DNA of 63,214 nt, filler included, from Octopus bimaculoides (GCF_001194135.2; 6 parts of 6 records of this genome joined end to end with filler, not necessarily neighbours in it); one strand, 5' to 3'; positions 1 to 14,067 are shown, counted from the whole stretch's first letter. The notes: generated by a model not told the origin, from the sequence alone. Program-made: numbers and translations.

Positions 1-1059
1 ATATATCTATATCGAGTATGTCAAAGATTTTATTCTAGAGCTGCTTTTATTGCCAAATAAAAAGCACCTGAAATGGTGTCATGTAAAAAGCACCCTGTAC
101 ATTCTGTAAAGTGGTTGGCATTAGGAAGGGCATCCAGCTATAGAAACCATGCCAAAACAGGCAATTGGAACCTGGTGCAGCTTTCTGGCTCCTGTTAAAC
201 TATTCAACACATGGCAGCATTGGAAATGGATGCTAAATTATGATAATGACCTCTCACACACACTACTAAATTTTAACTTATTAATTTTAAGGCTATGGAG
301 AAAATAAATCAATATCAGATTCTTTTGATCGCTATTTTTTTGTTCCTCCACTTCAAAAATTATTGAACAACAAACAAAGAATACTACATTTAGACATGAC
401 ATCATCCAAATTTACTAGAGATTAGCTCAATATATATTTCATAACTAGCTCCAGGAATATTTAAATATCAAATGATTAGGGATACATTTTAAATTAATAG
501 AAAGACATAAAAAAAAGAAAATCTTAAATCATTTTATGGGTGTGAAGTATTCATAACAATATGAATGGTGTTACATAGCATCGTCATATCATTGTCATTT
601 AACATGTGGTCTCCATGTGGTGGCGAGTTGAATAGTTTTGATAGGGTCTGAAGAGTTGAAGGACTGCATCTGGCATTAATGCCTACACTAGCATGGTTGC
701 TAAAGCTGGATGTCCTTCCTAATGCCAGAAACATGATGTGTGCTGGGTGTTTATTTTTTTCCATGACACCAGCACTCATAATAATAATCTTGTAAGTTTC
801 AAGGCTAAGGCCTTAATTTACAGGGTTACCATCACTAGTGCTGGTGTCATGGAACAAAAAACAAAAACAAAGCACCCACTACACCTATATTTATACAAAT
901 AAGAAACTCTAAATATATAGCAATGGCGATGATCAGCTCCAGGTTAACCCTGATCAAGCACTTATGATCAAAAGCAGTGACCAACCTGCCTTTTAGTCAG
1001 TGTATGTAGAAGTCATGTTTTTTGACAAGACATTAGGTTGCAATTCATAGGAGATTTAA

Positions 1060-1281
1060 CCCTTTCGTTACCGTATTTATTTTGAGATGCTCTGTGTTTC
1101 TTTCAATTAATTTTAAATATAACAAAGAATTTAGTAAAATAACTTGGTTATTATTAAGCTAGTGTTAGGAACTTAAATTGTGACTAAGGTTTGGCAGAAG
1201 ATTTTAATTCAAAACTTATGAAAACAAGACATTTGTACTACAGAGCCAGAGGTGGTTTCAGCCGGGTTGGTATCGAAAGGG
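1060..1281. mobile_element. piggyBac-type MITE, family 1
   Basis: TIR CCCTTTCG(T/A)TACC, TTAA on both flanks (1056-1059, 1282-1285); inverted sister copy at 18501-18720. Confidence 0.85.
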
Positions 1282-1896
1282 TTAAGTGTTATTTCTAGTA
1301 AGTCAATTACTAAATAAGGACTTGCTGATTGGCTCGCTTAATTGTATGTATTACTGTGTAATCCAACTCAAGACCTTAATTGTGCTGACCTATAAGAAAA
1401 GAAAAGATATTCCAACCAAGATTATCTCATGTTTTCTTTCAAGACGGAATCATTACATTTTGTAGATGACAGGAAGTGATTTGAAAGAGATTTAGCTGTA
1501 TTTATAGCAAGTGGAACATTGCATTGAAGCTTGTTGGATCAACTAGATGAGTTAATGATAGTAACAAAAGATGTAAATGAATGGTTATGCCAGAATGGGA
1601 ATCATCTCTTATTACAGACAATGAATACTTGTGGAAGCTGAAAAAAAAAAATCACCATGTGTCAGAACATAAGAAATACTAACTAAACCCAAAATGGTTA
1701 CGTCAAGGCAGTCTTTAACTAAAATTAACACATGTATGACCAAAACTGACAAATAGAATAGGCCTTGAATAGACATAGGAACAGCAATACAAAATGGTTC
1801 TGAACTCTGCAAGTTGCAATAAAGTTTCCAACTTGATAAGGGTCTGCAAAGATCACAGTTTGAGCAATCTCTGTCAGGCTAAGAAAAGAAAATGTG

Positions 1897-1932
<36 letters not shown>

Positions 1933-1965
1933 TCTGATTTCAATCTTAATACAAAAGAAATATAC

Positions 1966-1998
<33 letters not shown>

Positions 1999-2573
1999 TG
2001 TTATAAAAAGACAATCAAAGAATATATGTTCATTTGATAAACATGAATACTTAAGATAAAAGATTGCTGCTTGTTTAACAAAGATTAAGAGGTTGACAAA
2101 ACGGGCTGAATGTTAACTTTCATCATCTTCAAAAGGTAAAACAAAAAGGCATCGGAGTCAGTGGAGAGACTAGAGCTGAAAGAGACAGGGATATTTTGGC
2201 TGCGGCAATTGTAGACAGAGGTGGAGGGGATTAAAATGCATTAAGGCAAGCTGGTTGACATGCTACTTTTAAGTGGAGACCAATAGCTGAGAAGCTGGAT
2301 AGGATAAATCCAATGAGATTTAGGATAGTTTCTCATTGCATACATCATCGATAAGACATGAGGCGAGGCCAATATTTAGCAACAGCCACAGAAAATGAGA
2401 GGGGAGAGAGAGAGAGACAGAGAGAGGGAAGGGCTGACAATTTGCAAATTAATATGGAAAACAGAAACTAAGTTAGTTATTGTAATGACTATTTTAGTAA
2501 ATTAAATGTTCTTCAATTGTCATCATCAACAAAGATAGTATAGAGCAATGCAAAATTTGGTTGCTATGGAAAG

Positions 2574-2621
<48 letters not shown>

Positions 2622-3342
2622 AGAAAAACTTGCATATGCTAATAGATATATATATATACATATATTTAAATGTTTTAGAGATATCCCCACCTCACTACAC
2701 TAACCTTCCCCGGAATAAAAAAAGAGGAGAAAGTTCTGGGATACACGAGAAAGAAGTAAAGTGAACCATTAAAAGTGTTTCTCACCTGACTTGCAAGACG
2801 AATCTTGTAAGGAAAAGAAGAATTTAAGAAAGAGTTAAACGGTCAATCACACATCCAGTCAGATGACTTTACTTCCAATTCAATTCCTAACCATTCAGCA
2901 CACACAAACATATATATATGTATATATGTGTGCGTGTGCATACACTCACACACACAATATACACACATCTTCAAATGTTTTAGTTTATCAACAAAAGAGA
3001 AAGACAATACTCAATACACGTAGAGTATATTATTTAAAGTGAATTTTTTTTTTCTTCTTCTAACTCAAGATTGTTAGTGGTACGTAATTCAAGTTTTGAA
3101 GAAAAAAGTTTATACACACACACACACACACACATACAATGTACATCCCAAACAGGTAGAGAATCAGTGTATTTCCAACACAGGCACCCAACCCAAACAC
3201 CACACAGTCTCTCATAATGCAATTCTGAGAAAACTTGAAAATCTATTGGTGTAAAAATTCCAGGTACATCACTGATAAAAACAGTAATTCTTACAAAATA
3301 AGATAAAATACAAGAAGACGAAGAATGAATGTAGCACAACTA

Positions 3343-3632
3343 TATCATGAGTTGCAATTGTTTCTGTACCACCCTACTGCATGTAAATGATGCTATGTGG
3401 AAAAGTTATGCCATAGAGTACAACTGCTTATACTGAGGTGGTACTTCATAAGATTAGCATTAAGTCATGCCTTTTTACAGTGTGCTAAAAACCACTTGAA
3501 TTTATGATAGTCTGATGAAGTGCCACTTCAGTGTAATTAGTCACACATATTACATAAGTTTTCATATGAAAACCCTTTACATACAATGGGGTTAGAAATG
3601 GAGTGGTACAGAAACAATTGTAACTAATGGTA
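3343..3632. mobile_element. TIR-bounded non-autonomous element (Tc1/mariner-like, TA ends)
   Basis: ~25-bp inverted repeats GTT(G/A)CAATTGTTTCTGTACCAC at 3351-3372 and 3603-3624, with TA at the termini. Confidence 0.6.
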
Positions 3633-4751
3633 AAGTCATACTATATTCTTTGTTGGAAGCAATGTGAAACATGAAAAAAAAAAAAAACAGCAATTTAGAA
3701 AACCAGAGAAATGCAATCAGGAGAAGATTAAATATAAACAAAAAAAAAAGGCTTTTACCTATAAAGTATCTAATAATACCTATATTTCAGTGAAATATAA
3801 GGATCATTCAAGTGTTTTGAGGTAAAAATTCAAGCATTATTTTTGTTCTTATTTACATTTAATCTTTCCCTAACAGCATTACTATAGCTCTCTAAATCAG
3901 TTTATACATACATACACACACATACATAATATCTTATTATACACAGCTTGCACAATGGGATTCTACCTGCATCAGCTTTCGACAGAAGATCACAATAATT
4001 TTGATACCTACCAACAGTATTGCTCCCTCCAGTGGAGCAGAACATCACAGAATCTCCAAATTCCTTTGCCCCCCCTCCATATATAACAGGCTTTTTCTTA
4101 CAGTTTATCCTTGCGGGCACCACAATAAGCTGGGTGTACTTCTAACTTTGTAGCAACTATTATATTTTACTACGAACTGCAGATTCATTCCTTACTCTCG
4201 GCTTTAGTGTTTTTCTCACATACTTCTGCTTTATTTGCAATGAAGCACTTTCTGTATTCATTTCAAGTCCATGAATCACTGCTCTCCTATTTACTCTAAG
4301 CCTAATACCAGCCAAGCAGGACAGTGAATCTAACTATGAACCCACGACATTCCACCTCTGCTGGAAGTACTATGTGCTGCCACCCTCACACACACCTTAA
4401 AGATATATAGTTAAGAAGTAAAGGTGGAAACGGCACAAAGGTAAGTTTAAAATTTTTTTTTATATTTGTTACATTAAGTGACTTTTATAAAATATTACTG
4501 ATTTCAATGTGTATGTCCATCTTATCAAATTTTTAAAACTGAAAGTAAAAAATTAATAAGAAAAAATTAGAAATTAAAAAGTTTGTTCTCATATTTTGTG
4601 TATAGTTAAGAACAGGTTTAAAAAATTTATCTTAAAGTCTCGTCTTACAGATGTTGTCTATGTAGGAGCTTGAAATGGGGTTCAAAGGGTCATGTAGTGT
4701 CTTATCAAACTCAACTGTGGAAGGGAACACACACACACACACACACTAATA

Positions 4752-4868
<117 letters not shown>

Positions 4869-5087
4869 TTCTTTGCACAGTTAAGTTTGATGAAACAGCA
4901 CATGAAGAAATTAATACTAAAACAACAGAATTAAATTTCCAATAAAAAGAGAAATAGATTTTTAAAAACTACCTGCAAATTTTGTTTTAAAAATAAGTTT
5001 CAAAATAAAATTCTAATTTATCTGGATATATATTTTTTTTTTCTGCACTAATCAGTTGGTTACTTGAGAATAGTATTTAGTTTAGAT

Positions 5088-5352
5088 CATTGCTTCTCAC
5101 CTGGAGTTCATATGACCCCTAGGGGGCCATGTAAGACTGGGAGGGGGGACACACAAGCAAAATAGTAAATTCTTTCTCAAATGTTTTACGTAAGTTCAGC
5201 TTACAGAAGTGAATATGTGAAAAGCAAAATAAGAATTTTTTAAAGAAGGATCTATAAAACTAGTTTTTAAACATCAAATGGATAAAGGGGTCCACCAGAA
5301 TAAAATTGTAATCAGAGGGGTCCAAAGATAACAAAATGGCTGAGAACCACTG
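5088..5352. mobile_element. Old hAT (Charlie-type) MITE
   Basis: TIR CAGTGGTTCTCA (left copy CATTGCTTCTCA); 8-bp TSD GTTTAGAT/GTTTAAAT. Confidence 0.7.
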
Positions 5353-6061
5353 GTTTAAATAATCAATATTGCAGTTAAGAAAAAACCAACAGTGGTTACA
5401 GAAAATGAATGCAAATTTATGCATTGGGGAACAACCTAGTTTTTACATTGTCTGAAAGAGGGACACCTCATAAGCCCCAGAGGACTTCCAGAGACGAGAT
5501 ATTAACCCCCTTCTCCCCTATTTCTCTTCTTTATCTTGCCTGAAGCAACTGAAAGGTCGATCTTCTCTTCGGTAGGAATGCTGTTCTATCTTATGCTGCA
5601 TTTCCAGATGATCTGATACAATGAAATGCCAACAGTAAAAATGAATCACAAATGTTTAATCTAGAAAACCCACTATCATGGTTGCATGATTAAGAAGCTT
5701 GCTTCCCAATCACATGGACTTGAGTTCAGTCCCACTGGGCAACAACTTGGCCAAGTGTTTTCTATTATAGCTCTAGGCTTACCAAAGCCTTGCAAGTGGA
5801 TTTTGTAGATGGATGGATGGATGTGTGAGTGTGCGTACATGCATCATATCACCATTGCATGACAACCGATGTTAGTTTGTTTACATCCCCATAACTTAGC
5901 AGTTCAGCATAAGAAACTGATAGAATAAGAATTGGGCTTAAAAATAAAAACTGGGGCAAAATTGTTCAACTATTGCTGCAGTCCAGTGATTGAAACAAGA
6001 TAAAAGACACTATATCCATTTGAGTGAATCACTTCAGGGTGTGGCTCTTCTAATGCATAGA

Positions 6062-6450
6062 CTCTTTTACTTGTTTCCGTCATTTGACTGTGGCTATGCT
6101 GGAGCACTGCCTTTAGTCGAGCAAATCGACCCCAGGACTTAATCTTTGTAAGCCTAGTACTTATTCTATTGGTGTCTTTTGCTGAACTGCTAAGTTACGG
6201 GGACGTAAACACACCAGCATCAGTTGTCAAGCGATGTTGGAGGGGACAAACACAGACACACATACATACACATTTATACATATATATGACGGGCTTCTTT
6301 CAGTTTCCGTCTACCAAATCCACTCACAAGGCTTTGATCGGCCCGAGGCTATAGTAGAAGACACTTGCCCAAGGTGCCACGCAGTGGGACTGAACCCAGA
6401 ACCATGTGGTTGATAAGCAAGCTACTTACCACACAGCCACTCCTGCGCCT
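6062..6450 (-). mobile_element. SINE family A, full length
   Basis: Reverse complement of the 17952-18360 copy. Confidence 0.9.
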
Positions 6451-6948
6451 ATTATATGAAGTTTATGAAGTCAATGAACCTTTGTCGAAAACCACTTATC
6501 CAGTTTATTGCTCTGTTTGCTTGGTCTACATTTTAGACGATGTTAGCAACCATAGATCAATCAAGAGATAAAAAGGCAAATTTAGACCTGACAGGATTTC
6601 AACCCAGAATGCAATGCAACACAACTTTAAAAAAACTTTACTGTTTTAACTTCAGTAAATCATGACAATAACAAACAATGCCAATCAATACATCCAAGCA
6701 CATTTGTTATTGGTTTCTTCATCTTCCACTAATCACTACATTGAACAATGTAAGTAGTAGGAACACATGCAAATTTAGCAATAACTCAACAACAGGAACT
6801 AAAAGACAATGTTAAGTTTCTCTTGAACTGAAAACACAACATGTATGAAAGATTATAAAATCATTAGTATCGTTATGGTTTAGATATTTTCATTAAAAAA
6901 ACACATCCAGCTATTATCTCAACACATCAATCATTTTACTTCTCTTAA

Positions 6949-7168
6949 CCCTTTAGTATTTAAACTGGCCATATCCGGCCCAAATATTCTGCCTGTTTTA
7001 TATTCAAACTGGCCATATCTAGCCTCTCACACCTAACCTACAGTGACATTCTAAAAATAAACAATCATATCATTGAAACCTCAAAGCTATAGGATAATGC
7101 ATGATTAATTTGAAAGAATTTGAATGGAAAAGTATTACATTTAACAGAGTAATCTGAACACTAAAGGG
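6949..7168. mobile_element. piggyBac-type MITE, family 2
   Basis: TIR CCCTTTAG, TTAA flanks (6945-6948, 7169-7172); related older copies at ~10038-10238 (inverted) and ~16810-17030. Confidence 0.8.
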
Positions 7169-9056
7169 TTAATGGTTATAAGAACTACAATCATCTCAGA
7201 ACTAACCATAACAGATATGCTTAATGAGAAACTTTAAAATAGAAGCATTCTCTGATTTGAAAAGAAATATAGCTACTATTTTTAGAGTATCAAGCAAATT
7301 TGGAAGCTGCTGCCTCTTGGGTTCAAATAGAACTTGGTTATTTCTACAGAGAATTGGCACTATTTCACTACAATTATGCATCAAATATCCTTGAGAAAAG
7401 AACACAAAAAAGAATTATTTTATACACAAAGACCCTAGTATGTAATAGATAAACTGGCATAGGAGCAAATAGGGCTGGAAATAAGAAAAAAAATTTGAAC
7501 CCCTAGGTTTTTTTCCATGACGCAGAGTTTCTTGTGAAGACAATCTTTGGTCAGAAACTGAGTAATCACCAAGAACATTTATAATTTCTACCCTGAAATT
7601 ACCAGGTGTCCCAGAATGAACTATCTATTTCAGTGAAATCAGACAACATTTTTAAAAACTCACTTTTATTTATGTTTATCGTGTTTAATATGTGTTAGAA
7701 GCGTATAAATTTTTAATTTTGTTTATAATTTTATTCTTATTTTAATGATTTTATTTTCAGTTCTATTGGCTTCCGCTTATCTATTCCATAGTGGTTTTGT
7801 TTGTTTTTTTTTCAATTTGGCTGCCACCATTTTCTATACCTTCATCCCCAGGATGGAGCAGTAGTTTAGCTGAACATAAAGAATGCATTTAGTTAGCAGT
7901 GCAAGAGATAACTCCTCAAATGCTTCAAAATGTGTTTCACAACACTAAGGGTAGATTTGAAAATTGCAGGGATGCAGACAGACGGAGCACATGTTGAAAA
8001 TTTTCAATAAAATTTTGACATAAGATTTATAAATCTATTTGTTTTGGTATCATAAGTAATAAACATAAAATTTGGTCAGTTTTTTTTTTTTTTTTTTTTA
8101 ATTTGACCAATTTCATTGAAATAGATAGTTAATTCAGGGACATTTAAATGCCCTCAACTATTTTTGCTGATAAAAACTATACATAACTACAGCTGCTACT
8201 AGTTTACATTATTATACTGCACAGGTTGAAGCATAAGATGACTGTTTTTATGTTGGTAGTCACCAAAGCAAGGGCTCAGCCATCACCTATGCTAATTTAA
8301 AATTCACATTTTATACTTTGAGTAAAAGACCAACCCCTAATTGAAGGAAGATTTGTTAAGGTTAAAAAGTTATCATATGCTACATTATACAGCATATACA
8401 CACACACACATACATTGGGTCATTACATAAATAATGCGGTTCTTTTTAATTGCATGAACTAAAAGTCGGAGGGAGACAGGATAAACTACCTGCATCAACT
8501 TGCTTTAAAAGCAGGTAGCAATTTTACCTTGTCCTTATTCTTAGTGCAAGTATAGAGGAGTGCAGATTCTCTGCTCAACTCTGTTATGGTTAATGCGACA
8601 ATCACATGCTACACACACCTTCCTTCCAAGCACTGCTGTAAATAGCAGCAGTGAGCTAGAAAGTTAAAACTTAGTGCACATGCACAGCAGAGTTCAAGGT
8701 CAATCTGTACCAAGTGGTTTCACTCTGCATGCTTTAGCTTCGTTACTATGGCAACAGTCCGGATACTTATTGATCAGACCACATATATATTAATTGGTAA
8801 ACATTTACAAGTGCCAATCCAAAAGTAAATATGAGTCAATTCCTACTAGTGGCTTTGTTAGATTTTTTAAGCTCTTATACCAACAACCCAGAAAAATAAA
8901 GCTAATTCTAATTCACTGAGTCAAACATTGTCACAGCCACACCAAACATGACTTCTTCAATAAATAGCAAAAATCTGGATAAATGTTATGAACACAGTAT
9001 GCAATAGAACAATGACTTGGATGCAAAAAGATGAATTATTATTGACATTGCTGTAC

Positions 9057-9172
9057 CTGTGACTGACGCACAAAGATTCCATGGTTTTCGGGACTTTGGA
9101 AGTAAGTCTTGCCTTGTACAGTTCCATTGTTCTTACCTCTCGGTTCATCTAATACAACTCCAACCCATTTCC
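9057..9172 (-). CDS. DCTN1: Dynactin subunit 1 exon, second half of CAP-Gly domain (GKNNG motif)
   Basis: (G)[38 protein letters not shown]; acceptor tctttcag, donor CAG|GTACAG. 116 nt, phase 1 in (joins the 17173 exon as GGG=Gly), phase 0 out. Later exons were not confidently found and probably lie beyond position 1. Confidence 0.96.
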
Positions 9173-11335
9173 CTGAAAGAATAAAGTAAAATTTTTAAAA
9201 AAATAATACAACAGGGTCACACAATTATATAAAACTAAAGGCAATCTCTGTTGGTTTTCTTTTTTTGTCCATTTTTTTTTTTAATGTTATTAAATATTTC
9301 CACCTCTTTGTGACCCCCCCCACCCCCACCAGCCACCCTCATATAGATATACACACACCCACATCGCATATACGTACACACACACACACACACGACTGCA
9401 TATACATACATACACACACTTGGAAATAGTTGAGAGCTGATGACAAGAAGGCATCCAGGTGTAGAAAATCTACATCAAACCACTCTGTTGAACCCATGCG
9501 AGCATGGGGAAGTAGACATTAAAACAATAATGATGATGATGATGATGATGACTATTTTCACTGTTAAATGTGTAACCCCAGTGTTACTTTTGGGGAATGT
9601 GATATTTGTAATATCAGTTAATACAGTGATAAAGCTATCATCATTATTATTGTTTAACATCTGCTCTCCATGCTGGCATGGGTTGGACGGTTTGACATGG
9701 AGCTGATCAGCTGGGGAGCTGTCCAGACTCCAATTGTCTGTTGTAACATGGTTTCTACAGCTAGATGCCCTTCCTAATGCCAACCACTTAACAGAGTGTG
9801 TGGGGTGCATTTTACATGCCACCGGCACATGTATGTTTCTGCAGCACCAGTATGGGTGTGTCTATGTAGCACCAGCACGGGTGCATTTACGCAGTGCCAG
9901 CACCTGAAACGACAAGCCTATATGAGTGGAAGACTGCAATTTTACTTAGCCTGATGCATCTTATCAAGTACAGCAAATTGCCAAATCTTCCAGTCCCTTA
10001 TGCGATTAAGTTATAAAACCACAGTTCTCATCCTAAACCCTTTAACATTCAGATTACTCTGCCAAATGCAACGCTTATCTATTCACATCATTTTGAATTA
10101 ATCATGCATCATCTTGGAGCCTTGAAATTTCAGTGGTATAACATTGTAGGGTAGGTGTGAAAGGCTGGATCTCGCCAGTTTGAATATAAAACAGGTAGAA
10201 TATTTGGGTCTGCTATGGCTGGTTTAAATGCTAAGGGGTAAAAGTAATTCTTACAGAATGCACTGAACATGGCATCTTTATACAAGAGTAATTCAATACT
10301 AAGTTCTTAATTTCTGGTAGAATTTTTGCTATTGGCCATCATACTGATCCAGTACCTTTAAACCACACTACCATCACCATTACTAATCAGTTATTTAGTT
10401 TGTTTTTTTTTAAATTTCATTTTCAAGAAATGAGTTAATAGTCCAACCCTCCTTTTCTGTCATCATTAATTGTTATATAAATCATTAATCTTTTAATTAG
10501 ATATAAGGATGGTTGTAGTGGTAACAGTCAACAGAAGTCCCTGCCAGTACATTACCGGCACTCATTTTATCAGCTTTTGACAATGAAATGTAGAGTCAAC
10601 CTTGGGAAGATCTCAACTCATAATGCAGAGGAATGTAGCTCAAAACTGAAGAGAATCCACTACTTTTATTAAACCATTAAATAACAAACACATTGTAAAA
10701 TATTATACAATCTCAACTTCATGTTGCATGCATGCACACACACACACATATATATATACAGAGAGAGAGAAGATGAACAAACAATTATAGATGACATGAA
10801 TTCATTTGAAGGAGATGTTACATATAACAAAATTAAAATAATTCTTTACAGCTGTTTCAAAGTTATGGTGAATGGTTGATATTATTATGCATATCAACAG
10901 GTGCAAACAGGTGAACATAATGAGACAATACTACTCACTGCAAATAAGCAAAAATGTTATCAACTTGCTTGAAGCAAGGGGAAATTACAGAACATTTTTT
11001 TGTATTTCTTATAGGACTATTGACCTGGGCTATTTTACCTTAATTAAGAAGTTAGAATTTAAGAATTCCATCAGTCCAAGCACTAATTCAATGCTTTTCT
11101 ATTAATTCTAAGTTTGCATTAGCATCTTCTTGCCAACTATGGGTGTGTGTGTGTATGTGTGTATAAAGTATTTCCTGAAGTAATGTTAAAAAATTTGGGT
11201 GCTGATTATGTTGAATCAATTTACAATTGAAGAGCATTGTAGTTCGCTTGATACATTGTGGCACAGAGGTAGAATAATAACTGAAAAGGTAAATGAGAAA
11301 AGCTTCTAACAATGAAAAGATGAAAGTTGAAAAAA

Positions 11336-11374
11336 CTTTATATATATTTCAGACAGAAAGCCCATCTTCAGAAG
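11336..11374 (-). ncRNA. Degenerate minimal hammerhead motif in a DCTN1 intron (sense)
   Basis: CTT-CTGAAGA-T-GGGC(TTTCT)GTCT-GAAA-TATATATA-AAG; stem I 3 bp, stem II 4 bp with two G-U pairs, palindromic stem III. Confidence 0.5.
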
Positions 11375-13296
11375 AGTACAGTCAAAGAAATGTGTGTCTA
11401 TATAGATCCTGATCTTTTGTATGAAGTTGAAATATTTAGGAAAAATTGCAACACATTCCAGCTAAAAAAATTTTATATCATGTATTATTTTAGAAAATAT
11501 ATAACTTTACAGTAAAAAGTTAAGACATTTAAAAAAGTTTGGTAATTAAAACAGGGAATCTGGTATTTTAGAAAAAAATGTCTAGTATTTCTAAAGTTTA
11601 GCATTTTTAAAAGTATATAATATTCTAATAAAAAACATCTTGTGAAGTGAAATAATGAAAAAGAAAAATCTTCAAATAGATTTTTAAATGAATTAAAAAT
11701 AAAGTTAATGAGCATCACTTAATGACTTAACATGCTAATTTTGTAATGATGTCAACAAAATTTGTTTGAAAAAATTATTTACACAAATATGACCGAAATT
11801 GTTTTACTACGATATGCAACATATTCTATCATTGCAGATTTGATAAAATAATTCTTTAAAAATAAATAACCTTTCATCCACCGAAGAAGAGCAGCCATAT
11901 AGATGACTTGTAATGTCCATTTACCAGCAGTTAAAACAGACACACAAACATATAAAACAACTGGGAGATGCTACTTGTTTACTAGTGATTGATCAAAGCT
12001 TTGATATGTCAAATAAACACGTTAATCAATATTGCTTTCTCAGTGTGGATTAATGAGGTTTAAACTTCAATACTCTTGAGAACAGCTAAACAATGAAATA
12101 TGGGATTTATGGATAATTGCTTTACTGACATTGAGGGCAACTGAGCAAGTTCAACTTTCATGTTTGACACAAAGATAGAAAAACTTGGTCATCTATTTAG
12201 CCTGAAGCATTGTACTTAATTGAAAAACAACTGCAGTGGTGGATTTGGTACAAATGGTAATCAACGTATGTATTTTAGAGTAGCGACTTTATTAGGTCAC
12301 TAAGCTGAGGTCAAATCTGAATGGCCACAATTTTTGCATTTTGCCTTTCGTAATTAATAAATTATGTATCAGTGGTATTAAAATATCAAAGGTTCTTCTC
12401 AGATTCTGTGGTGTATATTTATATATCCCCCCCNNNNNNNNNNCCCCCACTGGACAGGACAATGGTTTGTCACAGAATTATTCATTTTTTGCCGGCTGAA
12501 TGGACTAGAGCTATGTGAAATGAAGTGTTTTGCTAAAGGACACGATGCATCACCTCAGTCCATGAAGTGAAACCACGATCTTACAATCACTAAGCCATAT
12601 GCCTCTACATACCAGTAATATGCCAGGGTTCAAACTATACTTGTATCACTGGTGTTTACTCAAAATAACATACAATTTAAACTGGTTTCAGTCGTTGAAC
12701 TGTGACCATGTTGGAGCACCATCTTGAAAGATTTTACTGAAACAAATTGACTTCAGTACTCATTTTAAAGTCTGGTACTCAGACTATCGATCTCTTTATT
12801 TCATGAACTCTGGGAGAATGGAAGTTACAGGTGGTCTCAGCAGGATTTGAACTCAGAAAAAAGGGAGTGATTGAAAGCTGCCTGACACTCAACAGCAATA
12901 TCAATAACAACAAAACTGCAGTCAATGGTCTTGAGTTAAATTCAAAACCCAACTTACTAGCTGGCTGATTAAAAAAAAAAAAAGTCAAGGGTGGAGGCAC
13001 GGCTAACAAATAGAGAATAATTATGAATCACATTTACTCTTTTACTTGTTTCAGTCATTTGACTGCGGCCATGCTGGAGCACCGCCTCCAGTCGAGCAAA
13101 TCGACCCTAGGACTTATTCTTTGGATGCCTAGTACTTATTCTATCGGTCTCTTTTGCCGAACCGCTAAGTTACGGGGGACCTAAACACACCACCATCGGT
13201 TGTCAAGCGATGTTGAGGGGACACAGACACACAAATACACACACATATATACACATATACGACGGGCTTCTTTCAGTTTCTGTCTACCAAATCCAC

Positions 13297-13590
13297 ATAT
13301 TTCCAAGATAAAAGGACAGTGGACAGTAGACTAAATGCCTGAAGCTCTGATTGGGCTTGCAGTTAATGGTGTAGCAAAGAGGAAGGCTATAAATGTCATC
13401 ACTAAAGAAGCAGAGAAGGCTACGAGGTGGCTTTGGGTAAACAGGGCAGACAAGTGGATTACTGTAACTAGGATGCAAGCTGGGATCTGATCAACCCCAA
13501 ATGAGTCAACCAGGTAAGGGGGTCTGTTGTTGAATGATCTGAAACCACTTGAGAGCTCAGAAACATAGCTGATGATGCATCCCAGAGTAT
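13297..13590 (+). mobile_element. 3' end of a HERO-like (REL-endonuclease) non-LTR retrotransposon
   Basis: 13347-13490 reads ...KRKAINVITKEAEKATRWLWVNRADKW...; the AExAxRWLW ending and the following 3' UTR resemble HERO elements (from recall). Confidence 0.65.
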
Positions 13591-14067
13591 CTATAAGATG
13601 TGGAACTAAAAAGTAAAGCTCTTTTTTTATGACTTTTCTGCAGGGTTTCCAAGACTGGTAAGAGGGTAATGGTAGAAGAGACCACAATTCATGGGACATC
13701 CTTAGACCAAAGACCTAATCTGAATAATTACAAAAAACTGGACTCTGCTAAAGGTACCTAAGGATCAGGTGATGGAGTTAAACCAGATGAAGTATAAATT
13801 AACAACCCAAGAACTGGTACCATCCATCTGAAGGACTCTGGCACAGTCTCCCTCCAGTTTGATTTCACTTAAGATTTGGGTTGGACTCTGAGATTAAAGA
13901 CTCTTGCTTTAAGTGCCACACAGAAGAGTCCACTCAAGCATCATGCAATTTCAAAGCAAACTTTAATTGCATAGTTATACATGTGCCCTACACATTCTGG
14001 GTTCAAATTCTATTGGATCAATCACTCAAGAAGCAAAGTACCAGAAATAAACTCTATAAAATTCAAT

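Noticed and set aside
1612-1880. Strong minus-strand acceptor at 1880 and downstream ORFs as a DCTN1 exon
   Set aside because: No frame resembles p150Glued, no convincing donor, and the tract is a poly-T run.
2705-2735. 31-nt minus-strand segment between a CAG acceptor and a GTTAGT donor
   Set aside because: Not a multiple of 3, hydrophobic low-complexity translation, and too close to the 2786 candidate.
3759-3779. 21-nt minus-strand microexon candidate
   Set aside because: Weak pyrimidine tract and stops in two of three frames, including the phase-0 frame.
8487-8518. CTACCTGC...GCAGGTAG inverted repeat
   Set aside because: Only 8 bp; expected by chance in a window this size.
10843-10858. 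Minus-strand GAAACAGCTGTAAAG resembling the 57909 hammerhead 3' half (similar trace near 4643-4660)
   Set aside because: No CTGANGA core at a suitable distance.
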